From the NCBI GenBank assembly GCA_964016885.1, contig OZ024760.1, positions 28,024,001-28,088,000 on the forward strand: a stretch of 64,000 nucleotides of DNA, in the 5' to 3' direction. Of this stretch, positions 41,641 through 58,718 are shown one piece after another. Under the pieces are notes generated by a model. That model was not told where the DNA came from. It searched no databases and saw only the letters and a list, made by a program, of their open reading frames with translations. The stretch comes from Eledone cirrhosa. Its lineage: Eukaryota. The position numbers and the translations under genes were made by a program. The number at the start of each line of letters is the position of its first letter. The stretch's first letter is position 1.

Positions 41641-42418
41641 AATATGGTTTTATAAATATAGTTTCCATTTATTTAATATTATATATATATATATATGTAT
41701 TATTTTATTCTCTTTCTACTATCACACACTCATGCAGAAATATATCTAGATAGAAATGAGTAAAATAACAAGATAATATATACATAATATATACATAATA
41801 TACACATACTCAGAAAGTCTATCATTTGTACCTCATCAATCAATTCTTCCATTAGACTTCAATGTGACCGGAAGTTCTTGCTTACCCTAGGCTACACTGG
41901 GCAACAAGTAATCCATTTTGATTCAGTCATCCATTCTTTTTGTGTATATATATGTATGTATATATATATGTATATATATATATATAATGTGTGTGTATGT
42001 ACGTATGTATGTGTATATATATATGTATGCATATGTATGTGTATATATATATATATATATACGTATGTATATAAAGGTATGTATATATGTATATACGTAT
42101 GTATATAAACATACACATATATATATTTTTCTTCTAACTTTAATTTTATACCTAATTGTGTATGGTTGACGGTATATTTTATCGATTTCCACGTGCCGTT
42201 GAAATGTTGGGTAAATATTCTATGGCGGTTGGTCGCGAAGAGATTGCTGTAGTTTATTTATCTGCTATTTCTTCATAGGTGCCTTTTAATCTTATAGCCT
42301 GGTTTAATTGATTTTTTGTGTGGTTAATTATGCTAATTGGGAGAGGAAATGGTGTATATATATTATCAAATGTTTCTATGGACATACTTTATAGTATACA
42401 CACACACATATATATATA

Positions 42419-42748
42419 TAATATATAAGATGAAAAGATGGTTAAAAGAGTTCCATGTATTTTATTATGCGCATTTCAAAAACAAATATCATCATTCAAT
42501 CATATTTGTGTTTTCATCAGGTAAAATAGGAAGACATGATATGAAGGTTAAAAAACACTTGTGAATAGTGCAGTTTTAAATCAACATATCATGATATGTT
42601 AATTGAAATGCGCATAATAAAATACATGGAACTCTTTTAACCATCTTTTGATCTTATATATTATGTATACTCCAGTTCTACTAACTCTAGAGTGCTTCTT
42701 ATCCGATATCTGCATTGCTTTATTGTACTACAATAAAACTCACCTCCT
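42419..42748. mobile_element. Fold-back element with a hammerhead (42458-42528, -) and tail
   Basis: ~60-bp inverted arms (42419-42479 and 42603-42664). Minus strand: tattttac CTGATGA aaacacaaatat..atatttgttttt GAAA tgcgca TA ataaaata. Tail tactc..gagtgctt. Confidence 0.72.
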
Positions 42749-42822
<74 letters not shown>

Positions 42823-43403
42823 TATTAGTGTGTTGATGTAATAACGTGTATGTATATATATATATATACATACATATATATGTATATAGAATGTTTTAGG
42901 TTTTATAGATGTTATTGTTTAATTGTTGAACGGCTGTAACAGTTATTTCAGTGAAAAGCTTTTCAGAAATGATTACCTAGCAGACGATAACTCTCAGTGA
43001 ATATTTAATAGAAATTATCAATCTCTGTTCGAGTAATTAATCTACATTAACAATGTTTCTTCATAAATATCATTTATATTATTATAATTTTCGATTTTCT
43101 ATCCGTTTTTCCACTTTCTATTATTGTATTGTATTTGTTTTATCTCTTTATTTATACTTTTTTTCGATTCGGTTTGTTTTTGTGTTCCTCTATATTTCAT
43201 TTCGTTTCATTTCATTTTCTTTCCCCCAACTACTCATGTAATCTCAACGAATTATCATTATATGCCATGCGGAAGGCGCTGGATTGGTGGAGTGTCAGAT
43301 ACTCTGCTTTGCAGCATTGAGTTATAGCTCTTTATTTTCTGTATGTGTTTGTGTGTGTGTATATATATATATATATATACGTATGTTTGTGTGTGTGTAT
43401 ATA

Positions 43404-43438
<35 letters not shown>

Positions 43439-43488
43439 TTCCGATTCCGCCCCGCCCGTCCCTTCAATCTTTCTAATTTCTCATTCTT

Positions 43489-43524
43489 TCTTCTGATGAA
43501 GGACTAGCGTCCGAAACGTTAAGA
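43489..43524 (+). ncRNA. Minimal type I hammerhead ribozyme
   Basis: tctt CTGATGA aggac tagc gtcc GAAA cg TT aaga. Confidence 0.7.
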
Positions 43525-43706
43525 CCCTCTTCCTGCTATTTCAAGCGTTGTATTTCTGTTTACCTTTTACAAACGCATACACACACACACGCACACACCA
43601 ACACATACACACACACATACACATATATACATATATACATACACATATGCATACATATGTACATACATATATAGATACATATATACATGCATATATACAT
43701 GCTTAT

Positions 43707-44215
43707 ATGGTGGCTGCCAACTCGTTTTCGAGTACGGCCACTACTTTATATCCATGTAGGAGAACTCCTACCGATGGTACCATGTGACGACAAGTGCAGA
43801 GAGATCTCCAGATATAAAGCAATGCCTGTGCCGTGAAGCTTTTATAGTGAGCAAAGGCACTGCACAAAGCCAGTCCCACTCTCTTAACCAAGATGATATT
43901 TACCAAAATGAAGAACAAGTCAACATCATTGGATACCATCAGGCTTGCAGGTGTTATATCAGAGTTTTCCTTCTCCTAGAATTCTGCCTTGACAAAAGCT
44001 AAGGGGTCATCTCTCCCGGTGATTTTTAATGGCCATTGACTCTTAAGAGTTCCTTTGCCCTTTGACAGGTTTTGTTTTTAGTCCTGCAGGATGTCCAAAG
44101 TCACCCTCCTCACCAAGACACCTTGGTGGGGTTGCCAGTTTAGTCGCCAACGACCCGACCATGAGACAGGTTGTACTGGGATACATGTTACCAGTAGCAC
44201 CAACTGGTGACCTGA
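43707..44215 (-). mobile_element. Bipartite RTE-derived element, copy 5, with a 100-bp deletion
   Basis: The junction ccgATG|gtacc at ~43776 removes the equivalent of 21361-21460 at an ATG microhomology. Confidence 0.75.
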
Positions 44216-44589
44216 TATACATGCATATATACATACATATATACATATATACATACATATATATATATATATACACATATATGTAGTAGTAACACAACAG
44301 TTAGTACACCATACCGAGAACAAATGTTTCACCTTATGCGGATCTTCAGTATTGGCCCATGCCATGTCTGAGCATTGCTTGGGCGTTTTTAAAACCTGGC
44401 GGAGGCTACCCTCTCTCTCCAGAACTGACCACAGCTGATTTCTTCAAGAGAAGGAGAGATAGAAAGAGAGAGAAAGTGAGAAATATAAAATTGCACCTCA
44501 GTGGCCAATGGCAACTCCTTTGTCCGGATTTAAGTGTCTTCAATCTATTTCATAACCTATTTTATAGCGAATATCATTTTTTTATTGAA

Positions 44590-45662
44590 CACACAACATA
44601 CACACACACACACACAACATACACTCACACACACAACACACAACATACACTCACACACAACATACACACACACACAACATACACTCACACACACAACATA
44701 CACAACATTCACACACACAAGATACACTCACACACACAAGATACACTCACACACACAAGATACACTCACACAAACAACATACACACGCACAACATACACA
44801 CATACACAACACACACACACAACACACACACAACATACACACAACATACACAACAAACACACACCCAACATACACACACACACATACAACATACACTCAC
44901 ACACAACATACACTCACATACACAACATACACTCACACACAACATTCAGACACACAACATACACTCAGACACACAGCATTCAATCACACACAAGATACAC
45001 TCACACACACAAGATACACTCACACACACACATACACACACAACATACACAACAAACACACACACATACAACATACACACACTCACACACAACATACACA
45101 ACACACACACATTACAAACTTCTCTGTGTGGATGTGAAAATGGTAGGATGGTGTGGAGGAGGAGTAGTAGGTGGAAGAAGGGGAGGTAGATGAGAAGGAT
45201 GAGGAAAAGGAAGCTGATGATGATGATGGAAGGAGTAGGAGGAAGAAGAGGTAGAAGATGAGTAGGAGAAGGAGGTAGAAGATGGGGAGGAGAAGGCGGA
45301 GGTGGATGTAGTGAGCAGGGTATGAACCATAGCGAAACATGTAGCAACTTGTCTCTCTAATTTATTGTACATTGTTACATTCTGGTTCACCGACAAACGC
45401 CAGTGGTTTGGTACCTGTAATTCGAACGGGTCAACCTTGTCACACACACACTTCCCACGCTGAATCTCCTCGAGGATTACGTTACGGGTTACACGTGTCT
45501 GTGGCGTGGAATACTCGGCATCTTGCATGTTAATTTCCCGTGCAGTGCAGGTTATTCCGTTGATCAGATAACTGGAACACTCGTCGTTGTAACCGACGGA
45601 GGTCCAACACGCGTACAAACACATATGTTAATGAGTGAGGTGATGTAGTCACATATACACAG

Positions 45663-45704
<42 letters not shown>

Positions 45705-45749
45705 TATATATACTCACACATGTGTGTATATATTTATTTACTCACACGC

Positions 45750-45791
<42 letters not shown>

Positions 45792-46278
45792 ATATATAAT
45801 ATACTCACACGCTTACACAGACACACTCACACAATCACACAATCACACAATCACACACACACACACACACAATCACACATACACACAATCACCATCACAC
45901 AATCACACACACACACTCACACACTCACACACAATCACACACTCACACCCACACACTCACACAATCACACACACACAATTACCACACACACAATTACCAC
46001 ACACACACACACACTGACACACACACACACACACACACTGACACAATCACACACACACAATCACACACACACACAATCACACACACACACAATCACACAC
46101 TGACACAATCACACACACTCACTATATATATATATATATATATATATAAGGAAAAGAAGTTGGAAATGCCACTGGAGTCTTTAAGAATATTTATTTACTT
46201 TACCGGTTTCACAGTTTTGATGATTATCAAAACTGTGAAATTGAGATGGAGGGTTTGTGTTTCTGTTGTGGTGTGTCT

Positions 46279-46321
<43 letters not shown>

Positions 46322-46434
46322 TGTGTATATATATATAGTGTGTGTATATATATATAGTGTGTGTATATATATATGTGTGTGTGTATATGTATGTATGTGT
46401 GTATATATATATATATGTATGTGTGTAGATATGT

Positions 46435-46468
<34 letters not shown>

Positions 46469-47040
46469 AGATATGTGTATATATATATGTGTATGTGTAT
46501 ATATATGTATGTGTGTAGATATGTGTATATATATATGTGTATGTGTATATATATATATATATATATGTGTGTGTATATATATATATATATATGTATGTGT
46601 ATATATATATATGTGTGTATGTGTATATATATGTATGTATGTGTGTATATGTGTATGTGTGTAGATATATATGTGAATGTGTGTGTGTGGGTGTGTGTGT
46701 ATATATATGTAAGTGTATATGTATGTTGTCTCGCATATATATATATATATATATAGTGTGTATATATATATGTGTGTGTGTATATGTATGTATATATGTG
46801 TGTATATGTATGTATATATGTGTGTGTATATATATATATATGTGTATGTGTGTAGATATGTGTATATATATGTGTGTATGCGTATATATATATATGTATG
46901 TGTGTATGTGTGTGTGTGTGTGTGTAGATATATGTGTGTGTGTATATGTATGTGTGTGTGTGTGAGTATGTGTGTGTGTATATATATATGTAAGTGTACA
47001 TGTATGTGTATATATACATATATATATATGCACATACACA
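44590..47040. repeat. CA- and TA-rich microsatellite blocks with an embedded SINE (45340-45610)
   Basis: Direct reading. Confidence 0.85.
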
Positions 47041-47560
47041 TACATGAGAGAGACCTCTACAATCTTGTCATAACAGTCAGGAGTAACTCCCCAACACCAC
47101 CGTCGCCATGACACATTGCATTACTCTGTTTGTCATCAGGTTATCAAATTTAACCTCCCCCCCTCCTTCCCGCCTCCTCTAACAACATGGCGTTGCCATA
47201 GTGCTATCATTGAACTTAACCTCTCCCCCACCCTCATATTAACCCCCCCTACCACCTTGCCGCCATTTTCATAAGTCGATTTACTTATACACACACACAT
47301 TTACAGCGAAACAGACACATACACACACAAACACGCACATATACACACAAACTCGTACATACATACACACATACACATATACATACACATATACATATAC
47401 ACCCATATATACATGCGCACACACACACACACTCACTCAACTATAACACAAACTACAAGGGTATGAAATTATGATGTGTACACACACACACATATTTACG
47501 TATATATATATATATATATATATACATATATATATACATATAATATATATTTATATGTGC

Positions 47561-47605
<45 letters not shown>

Positions 47606-47611
<6 letters not shown>

Positions 47612-48083
47612 ATAACAGGAGGCTGGGCTGGTGTAAATCCTTGAAAGGGTTATTATACTGTGATCATTTCAATGACCGGGTTCAGTATGAATCCGGTGAT
47701 ATCATCAGGTATTCAAAATATAACAAAGGAATATAACAGATAAAATCCATGAGGCTGAAAATCAGAGACAAGAGGACGACCGACTATTTAGCAGTTTCTG
47801 CCTCAGTCGGCCGCCCTCGAGTGTTGATTTTTGAATACCTGATAATGTCACCGGATTCATACTGAACGCGGTCATTGAAATGGTCATAGAATAATAAACC
47901 TTTCAAGGATTTACACCAGTCCAGCCTCCTGTTATTTTATAATTATTAACCCCGTACTCGCACCACCAACTACACAAACGAAGACGGGTGAGTTGCATTA
48001 CGTTGAGTACTCTCCATAATAATACATCGAGATTGACCATACGGAATGACCAGTTCTATCCAGTGGTGAACCAACAAACCTAA

Positions 48084-48090
<7 letters not shown>
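47606..48090. mobile_element. Fold-back element with two mutated hammerheads and a tail
   Basis: ~120-bp imperfect inverted arms (47606-47724 and 47822-47943), cores at 47655-47712 (-) and 47835-47892 (+), tail tactc..gagtact (47955-48011). Confidence 0.7.
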
Positions 48091-48126
<36 letters not shown>

Positions 48127-48127
<1 letters not shown>

Positions 48128-48519
48128 GAGGGCAATCCCAAAAGTAAGGTCTCCTTCCGATATTGCAACTTTTCCGTTAAAATCCTGTGGATGGTGCTTC
48201 GGGAAACCTCAGGAACCAAAATGCAGAGAGCATCCAGAGTGATCCGTTGATCTTTACGCATGTTTTCCTCAGAAGAGACCTTACTTTTGGGATTGACCTC
48301 GTATATAATAACTGCGCCAAATTCGCACTTGGCGGTAGCGTTCAACGGGAGCTCCATTTCCAACGACTGTCAAGCCAAGATTGAGCATCCCAGCGAAGAG
48401 CGCGCATGCTTGTTTGGGAGTGAAGGAAGCACCAATCACAACAGTGTTGACAACAGCTGTACGAACAGTTTCTCTGCGTCCCCATCGCTTTGGAGGCCTT
48501 ACTTTTGGGATTACCCTCG
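48127..48519 (-). mobile_element. mariner-derived three-TIR MITE, second copy
   Basis: Reverse complement of 26445-26835, TA-flanked, internal TIR at 48275-48301. Confidence 0.85.
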
Positions 48520-48700
48520 TATATACATATATATACATATATACATATATACACACATATATATATATATATATAATATATATATATATTAGTTTTGCCC
48601 CAACAAATTCATAACTAGAAGGCTTTCCAAATGTTTATTTGTAAACATACTGTACATCATTAGATATACGAAACACACTCATACACACACACAAATATAT

Positions 48701-48779
48701 ATAGTGTCTCCCAAAAATGTATACACACGTCAACAGCTTTCTAATAAATATGTATACATTTTTTTGAGACACCTTGTAT
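48701..48779. mobile_element. Tiny Tc1/mariner-type MITE remnant
   Basis: gtgtctcccaaaaatgtataca / tgtatacattttttgagacac inverted pair. Confidence 0.55.
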
Positions 48780-49459
48780 ATATATGTTCTTGATATTATT
48801 GCAAACAAAAATAAATGAGGAAAAAAAGATAAAAAGGCAGAGAATTAACATGGAAAATATTTCCTAAACCCCTCCATGACGACCCCTTCATAATATATAT
48901 ATCCAATTTAGGTTTGTTAGCTTTATCAATATATTGATTTTTATATTAACACTTCTGAATTCGATCAAGGGTGAAAAAGAAGAGAAATATACCGTGTAAA
49001 TAGAGAGAGAGAGAGAGAGTGGAGGGGGGGGGGGATACATAAGCGAGAGAGGAAGAATGAGAGGGAGAGAGGAAAATGTGAATGAGAGAGAAAGAGAGAA
49101 ATGTGAAGGAGGGCGAGAAAGGAAAATGTGAGATAGAGAGTAAGAGGTAGGAAAGGAGGGGGAGAGAGAAGGAGAGGAAACAACTGAGTGTGAAGATAAA
49201 AACAAGAGAGGGGAGAGGGTGGAGGAAGAGAGGAAGGGAGTTAGGAAGGAAAACATTGACGGAAAAGTGACAGAAAAGCAGAATGTGTATAAATAATAAC
49301 AACAACGGTAAGAATAATAATAACTGCTACAATAACAACAATAACAACAACAACAACAACAGCCACAACAACAACAATAGCAACAACAACAATAACAACA
49401 AGGTAATATTGAAGGTGACAGTCGAAAAAGGTGAATTTACCAGTTGTTAACTATATCAT

Positions 49460-49755
49460 GTCATAACGGAGTGATCATGTTGTGACATGTCGTAACGGGA
49501 TGGCAGTTGTTGTGACATGTCGTAACGGGGTGGCAGTTGTTGTGACATGTCGTAACGGAGTGATCATGTTGTGACATGTCGTAACGGGGTGGCAGTCTTG
49601 TGACATGTTGTAACGGGGTGGCAGTGTTGTGACATGTCGTAACGGGGTGGCAGTGTTGTGACATGTCGTAACGGGGTGGCAGTCTTGTGACATGTTGTAA
49701 CGGGGTGACAGTTGTTGTGACATGTCATAACGGGGTGGCAGTGTTGTGACATGTT
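49460..49755. repeat. 29-30-bp minisatellite GTAACGGGGTGGCAGTGTTGTGACATGTC
   Basis: About 10 copies. Confidence 0.92.
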
Positions 49756-50992
49756 GCAACTACATGGGAAGGAGAAGCAACTATATGGGAAGGAGAGGCA
49801 ACTACATGGGAAGGAGAAGCAACTATATGGGAAGGAGAGGCAACTACATGGGAAGGAGAGGCAACTACATGGGAAGGAGAAGCAACTATATGGGAAGGAC
49901 AGGCAACTACATGGGAAGGAGAAGCAACTATATGGGAAGGACAGGCAACTACATGGGAAGGAGAAGCAACTATATGGGAAGGAGAGGCAACTACATGGGA
50001 AGGACAGGCAACTACATGGGAAGGAGAGGCAACTACATGGGAAGGAGAAGCAACTATATGGGAAGGAGAAGCAACTACATGGGAAGGAGAGGCAACTACA
50101 TGGGAAGGAGAAGCAACTATATGGGAAGGAGAGGCAACTACATGGGAAGGACAGACAACTACATGAGAAGGACAGGCAACTGCATGGGAAGGACAGGCAA
50201 CTGCATGAGAACGACAGGACAGGCAACTGCATGGGAAGGACAAGCAACTGCATGAGAAGGACAGGCAACTACATGGAAAGGACAGGCAACTACATGGGAA
50301 GGACAGACAACTACATGAGAAGGAGAGGCAACTGCATGGGAAGGACAGGCAACTGCATGGGAAGGACAGGCAACTGCATGAGAACGACAGGCAACTGCAT
50401 GGGAAGGACAGGCAACTGCATGAGAACGACAGGACAGGCAACTGCATGGGAAGGACAGGCAACTGCATGAGAACGACAGGCAACTGCATGAGAAGGACAG
50501 GCAACTACATGGGAAGGACAGGCAACTACATGGAAAGGACAGGCAACTACATGGGAAGGACAGGCAACTACATGGGAAGGGCAGGCAACTACATGGGAAG
50601 GAGAGGCAACTACATGGGAAGGACAGACAACTGCATGAGAACGACAGGCAACTGCATGAGAACGACAGGCAACTACATGGGAAGGGCAGGCAACTACATG
50701 GGAAGGACAGGCAACTACATGGGAAGGACAGGCAACTACATGGGAAGGGCAGGCAACTACATGGGAAGGACAGGCAACTACATGGGAAGGACAGGCAACT
50801 ACATGGGAAGGACAGACAACTGCATGAGAACGACAGGCAACTACATGGGAAGGGCAGGCAACTACATGGGAAGGACAGGCAACTACATGGGAAGGACAGG
50901 CAACTGCATGAGAACGACAGGCAACTACATGGGAAGGACAGGCAACTGCATGAGAACGACAGGCAACTACATGGGAAGGACAGGCAACTACA
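49756..50992. repeat. 21-bp minisatellite GGCAACTACATGGGAAGGACA and variants
   Basis: About 58 copies. The variant composition shifts along the array. Confidence 0.95.
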
Positions 50993-51308
50993 TATCTACT
51001 TCTGGCATATTATTACAGCCAAGATGCTTTTGCACTGTATTCCATTTTGCAGGATGGATACACAGACAGACACACACACACACACACACAGACAGACAGA
51101 CCCCCCCCCAACACACACAGACAGACATCCCCCCCCACACACACACTGCAGATGAAGGTGGTGGCTGTGTTATATAACATCTTATCTCTATCAACATGTT
51201 CACCCTTCCCACGGCTGATGTCAGGCTTTTGCAATTCTCAGCCATGTAAAATGTTTTATTCCTCCGAAAATAAACAATTGTGAGCAGACATCAACAATGT
51301 ATACACCC

Positions 51309-54517
<3,209 letters not shown>

Positions 54518-54519
<2 letters not shown>

Positions 54520-55070
54520 CTCTTTTACTCTTTACCTGTGTCAGCCATCCGGCTGAGGCCATGCTGGGGCACCGCTCTTGTTGCTACACATTTTATCTCC
54601 AGCCTGTATAGGTTGGCCACTGGTGTAAGAGGGAGTTTGTTGCTGCTTCCCTTAGGTTTCCCTCGTGTCTTGCTGTGAGCTCATATGGGATCCTGGATAT
54701 CAAGGTGTCGAGATGTTTCTTGAAGATATCCACCTCCACGTCATGCAAATCTCTCAGATCCCTCGGCAGCCTGTTGAAGAGTTGAGGGCCTTTGAATCCC
54801 AGGCTATTGCAATACCTGCTCCTTATTCTAAATGTGAAAGACGGGACCTTTGGCACCACAAAGTGACGTCCTGTTCGACGGTTGGTCCAGCTCCCAATGC
54901 CAAAGTTTGGTGCTAGTCCCTCCAGGATTTTCCGCATGTAGATCACTGCGTATCTCTCCCGTCTTCGCTCCAAGGAGTAGAGGTACAGTTCCTTTAGCCT
55001 CTCCCAGTAGCTTGTCTCCTTCATCGTGGCAATCCTCTTGTTGTAGCTTCGCTGGATTGCCTCAAGCTTC
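54518..55070 (-). mobile_element. CR1/L2-group LINE 3' fragment
   Basis: YWERLKELYLYSLERRRERY..SLGFKGPQLFNRLP..NSLLHQW, homologous to the end of the 29638 ORF. 3' stem-loop and (GAGTAAA) tail. Confidence 0.85.
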
Positions 55071-55214
55071 GTCGTGGTTAGTTAAATTGGTGATATATTC
55101 AGGTGTTTGATCTATTTATCTATCTATTTGTCTAATCTATGTCTGTGTGTCTCTCTATATCTGTGTGCGTGTATATGTATGTATGTATAGTTATATGTAT
55201 ATGATCGTATGTAT

Positions 55215-55444
55215 ATCACATTGACCGACCAGTGTGTCGGGCGCCAATCGGTGCCGCTGGTCACAGCACGTCGTGCTGTTTTAGCCATAAGATAAGCGGG
55301 CGGCAGGCTGGTACTAATTTCTACAGCTGAGTAAACTGGAGCAACGTGAAATAAAGTGTCTTGCACATCACCCGTTCCGAGAATTGAACTCACAACCTTT
55401 CGATTGCAAGCCCAATGCTCTAACCACTAAGCCATGCGCCTTCA
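55215..55444 (-). mobile_element. tRNA-headed SINE
   Basis: Minus-strand head tgaaggcgcatggcttagtggttagagc..gtgagttcaattc with A and B boxes. Confidence 0.8.
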
Positions 55445-55462
55445 TATGTATGTATATATATA

Positions 55463-55640
55463 TAGAAGTGGTTACACAACAGTTAGTTCACCATGTCCAT
55501 TACGAGCTGAGGATCCGCTAAGGTGACACAATTGTTCTCGGTATGGTGAACTAACTGTTGTGTAACCACTTCTACCTAACTCGTCCCATGGACTGAGTGC
55601 TCTACTACTACGGATATTACCTTCCAGTGTTCTACCACTA
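55463..55640 (+). mobile_element. Fold-back element with a mutated hammerhead and tail
   Basis: 30-bp inverted arms. Core cgag CTGAGGA tccgctaaggt GACA caattg TT ctcg (GAAA changed to GACA). Tail actc..gagtgct (55579-55601). Confidence 0.65.
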
Positions 55641-55919
55641 TATATATATATATATGTGTATGTATGTGAAGTTATATGTATATGATCATATGTATGTATG
55701 TGTATATCTATGTATATATGTGTATATGATTGTGTGTGTATATATATAAGAGAGGGAGTGTGTGAGAGAGTGGATATCGTTTAATCGAATTACACCTCTT
55801 AGACACAAGGTGACACGACACCATTTTGTTTTCTTTTCTGTCCCAACATGCCCCCCACACACACCACCACTCCCTCCGCCACACCACTCCTTCTCCCCAC
55901 ACCAATCCCACCCTCTTAC

Positions 55920-56119
55920 NNNNNNNNNNNNNNNNNNNNNNNNNNNNNNNNNNNNNNNNNNNNNNNNNNNNNNNNNNNNNNNNNNNNNNNNNNNNNNNNN
56001 NNNNNNNNNNNNNNNNNNNNNNNNNNNNNNNNNNNNNNNNNNNNNNNNNNNNNNNNNNNNNNNNNNNNNNNNNNNNNNNNNNNNNNNNNNNNNNNNNNNN
56101 NNNNNNNNNNNNNNNNNNN
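55920..56119. other. Assembly gap (200 N)
   Basis: Run of N. Confidence 1.
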
Positions 56120-56244
<125 letters not shown>

Positions 56245-56360
56245 TATATATATATATATATATACTATATATATATATATATATACTATATATATATATA
56301 TATACTATTATATATATATATATACTATATATATATATATATACTATATATATATATATA

Positions 56361-56428
<68 letters not shown>

Positions 56429-56544
56429 TATATATATATATATATATATATACTATATATATATATATATATACTATATATATATATATATACTATATAT
56501 ATATACGTATGTATGTATAGTATATATATATATATATACATACG

Positions 56545-57939
56545 TATATATATACTCTTTTACTCTTTTACCTGTGTCAGCCATCCGGCTGAGGCCATGC
56601 TGGGGCACCGCCCTTGTTGCTACACATTTTATCTCCAGCCTGTATAGGTTGGCCACTGGTGTAAGAGGGAGTTTGTTGCTGCTTCCCTTAGGTTTCCCTC
56701 GTGTCTTGCTGTGAGCTCATATGGGATCCTGGATATCAAGGTGTCGAGATGTTTCTTGAAGATATCCACCTCCACGTCATGCAAATCTCTCAGATCCCTC
56801 GGCAGCCTGTTGAAGAGTTGAGGGCCTTTGAATCCCAGGCTATTGCAATACCTGCTCCTTATTCTAAATGTGAAAGACGGGACCTTTGGCACCACAAAGT
56901 GACGTCCTGTTCGACGGTTGGTCCAGCTCCCAATGCCAAAGTTTGGTGCTAGTCCCTCCAGGATTTTCCGCATGTAGATCACTGCGTATCTCTCCCGTCT
57001 TCGCTCCAAGGAGTAGAGGTTCAGTTCCTTTAGCCTCTCCCAGTAGCTTGTCTCCTTCATCGTGGCAATCCTCTTGTTGTAGCTTCGCTGGATTGCCTCA
57101 AGCTTCGTCGTGGTTAGTTAAATTGGTGATATATTCAGGTGTTTGATCTATTTATCTATCTATTTGTCTAATCTATGTCTGTGTGTCTCTCTATATCTGT
57201 GTGCGTGTATATGTATGTATGTATAGTTATATGTATATGATCGTATGTATATCACATTGACCGACTAGTGTGTCGGGCGCCAATCGGTGCCGCTGGTCAC
57301 AGCACGTCGTGCTGTTTTAGCCATAAGATAAGCGGGCGACAGGCTGGTACTAATTTCTACAGCTGAGTAAACTGGAGCAACGTGAAATAAAGTGTCTTGC
57401 ACATCACCCGTTCCGAGAATTGAACTCACAACCTTTCGATTGCAAGCCCAATGCTCTAACCACTAAGCCATGCGCCTTCATATGTATGTATATATATATA
57501 GAAGTGGTTACACAACAGTTAGTTCACCATGTCCATTATGAGCTGAGGATCCGCTAAGGTGACACAATTGTTCTCGGTATGGTGAACTAACTGTTGTGTA
57601 ACCACTTCTACCTAACTCGTCCCATGGACTGAGTGTTCTACTACTACGGATATTACCTTCCAGTGTTCTACCACTATATATATATATATATGTGTATGTA
57701 TGTGTAGTTATATATATATGATCATATGTATGTATGTGTATATCTATGTATATATGTGTATATATATAAAGAGAGGGAGTGTGTGAGAGAGTGGATATCG
57801 TTTAATCGAATTACACCTCTTAGACACAAGGTGACACGACACCATTTTGTTTTCTTTTCTGTCCCAACATGCCCCCCACACACACCACCACTCCCTCCGC
57901 CACACCACTCCTTCTCCCCACACCAATCCCACCCTCTTA
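56545..57939. repeat. Near-identical duplicate of 54510-55919 (LINE fragment, SINE, fold-back)
   Basis: Offset 2036 bp with only a few substitutions and indels. The first copy ends exactly at the gap. Confidence 0.9.
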
Positions 57940-58091
57940 CTTTTCTGTCTTTGCACGAAACACTAATCGAAGCGGTGCTTCAGCACATTTTTTCCTTCCT
58001 CTACTAAAAACACGGTTAAAAAGGTTTGACGACAATGGCGTTTGATTGTGCGTGTGTAGCTCTGTGCGTGTTTCTCTGTGTATGAGTGTGG

Positions 58092-58128
<37 letters not shown>

Positions 58129-58676
58129 TGTATATGCGTATATATATGTGTGTGTGTGTGTGCCTGTCCGTGTGTGTGTATATGCGCGTATATATGCGTG
58201 TGTGCCTGTCCGTGTGTGTGTCTCTGTACCTGTGCGTGTGTGCGTGTGTGTATATGTGTGTGTGTGCCTGTCCGTGTGTGTGTGTCTCTGTACCTCTGTG
58301 TATGTGTGTCTGTCTGTATCTGCATGTATATGTGTATGTGCCTGTCTGTGTGTGTTTGTATAAGTGTGGTTTGAACGACCAGAGGTGATTTAGCTATCTC
58401 GATGGCCGACTCAGCTAACACTTTTCTTTCCTTTGACTGTAAATCAATACTTAGCTTCTACACATTAATAATAGAAACCGTAAGTAAGAAATACGGTTTG
58501 TTTAAATAACGATTCACTCAGCGTAAACAATCTCTCCGTTCTTCGCTCTGTCGGTTTCTCAGACTCTACCGATACTTTCAAATAAATGGATATGAATATC
58601 AGTGTCGAATCTTGTTCAATTGGCAAGTGTTCGTGTATCTGTGTGTGTGTTTGTGTATGAATGTACATACATACAT

Positions 58677-58718
<42 letters not shown>

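Larger units (their letters stand above)
38570..41681 (+). mobile_element. Penelope-like retroelement (Naiad type), 5'-truncated, with an inverted pseudo-LTR
   Basis: 38659-38967 is the reverse complement of 41372-41681. The RT/GIY-YIG ORF lies between them, the repeat holds a hammerhead, and (TA)n flanks both sides. Confidence 0.88.

Noticed and set aside
49564-51177. Repetitive ORFs (MGRTGNY)n and (SCLSFPC)n
   Set aside because: Translations of the 21-bp minisatellite, with 5-bp insertions breaking the frame.
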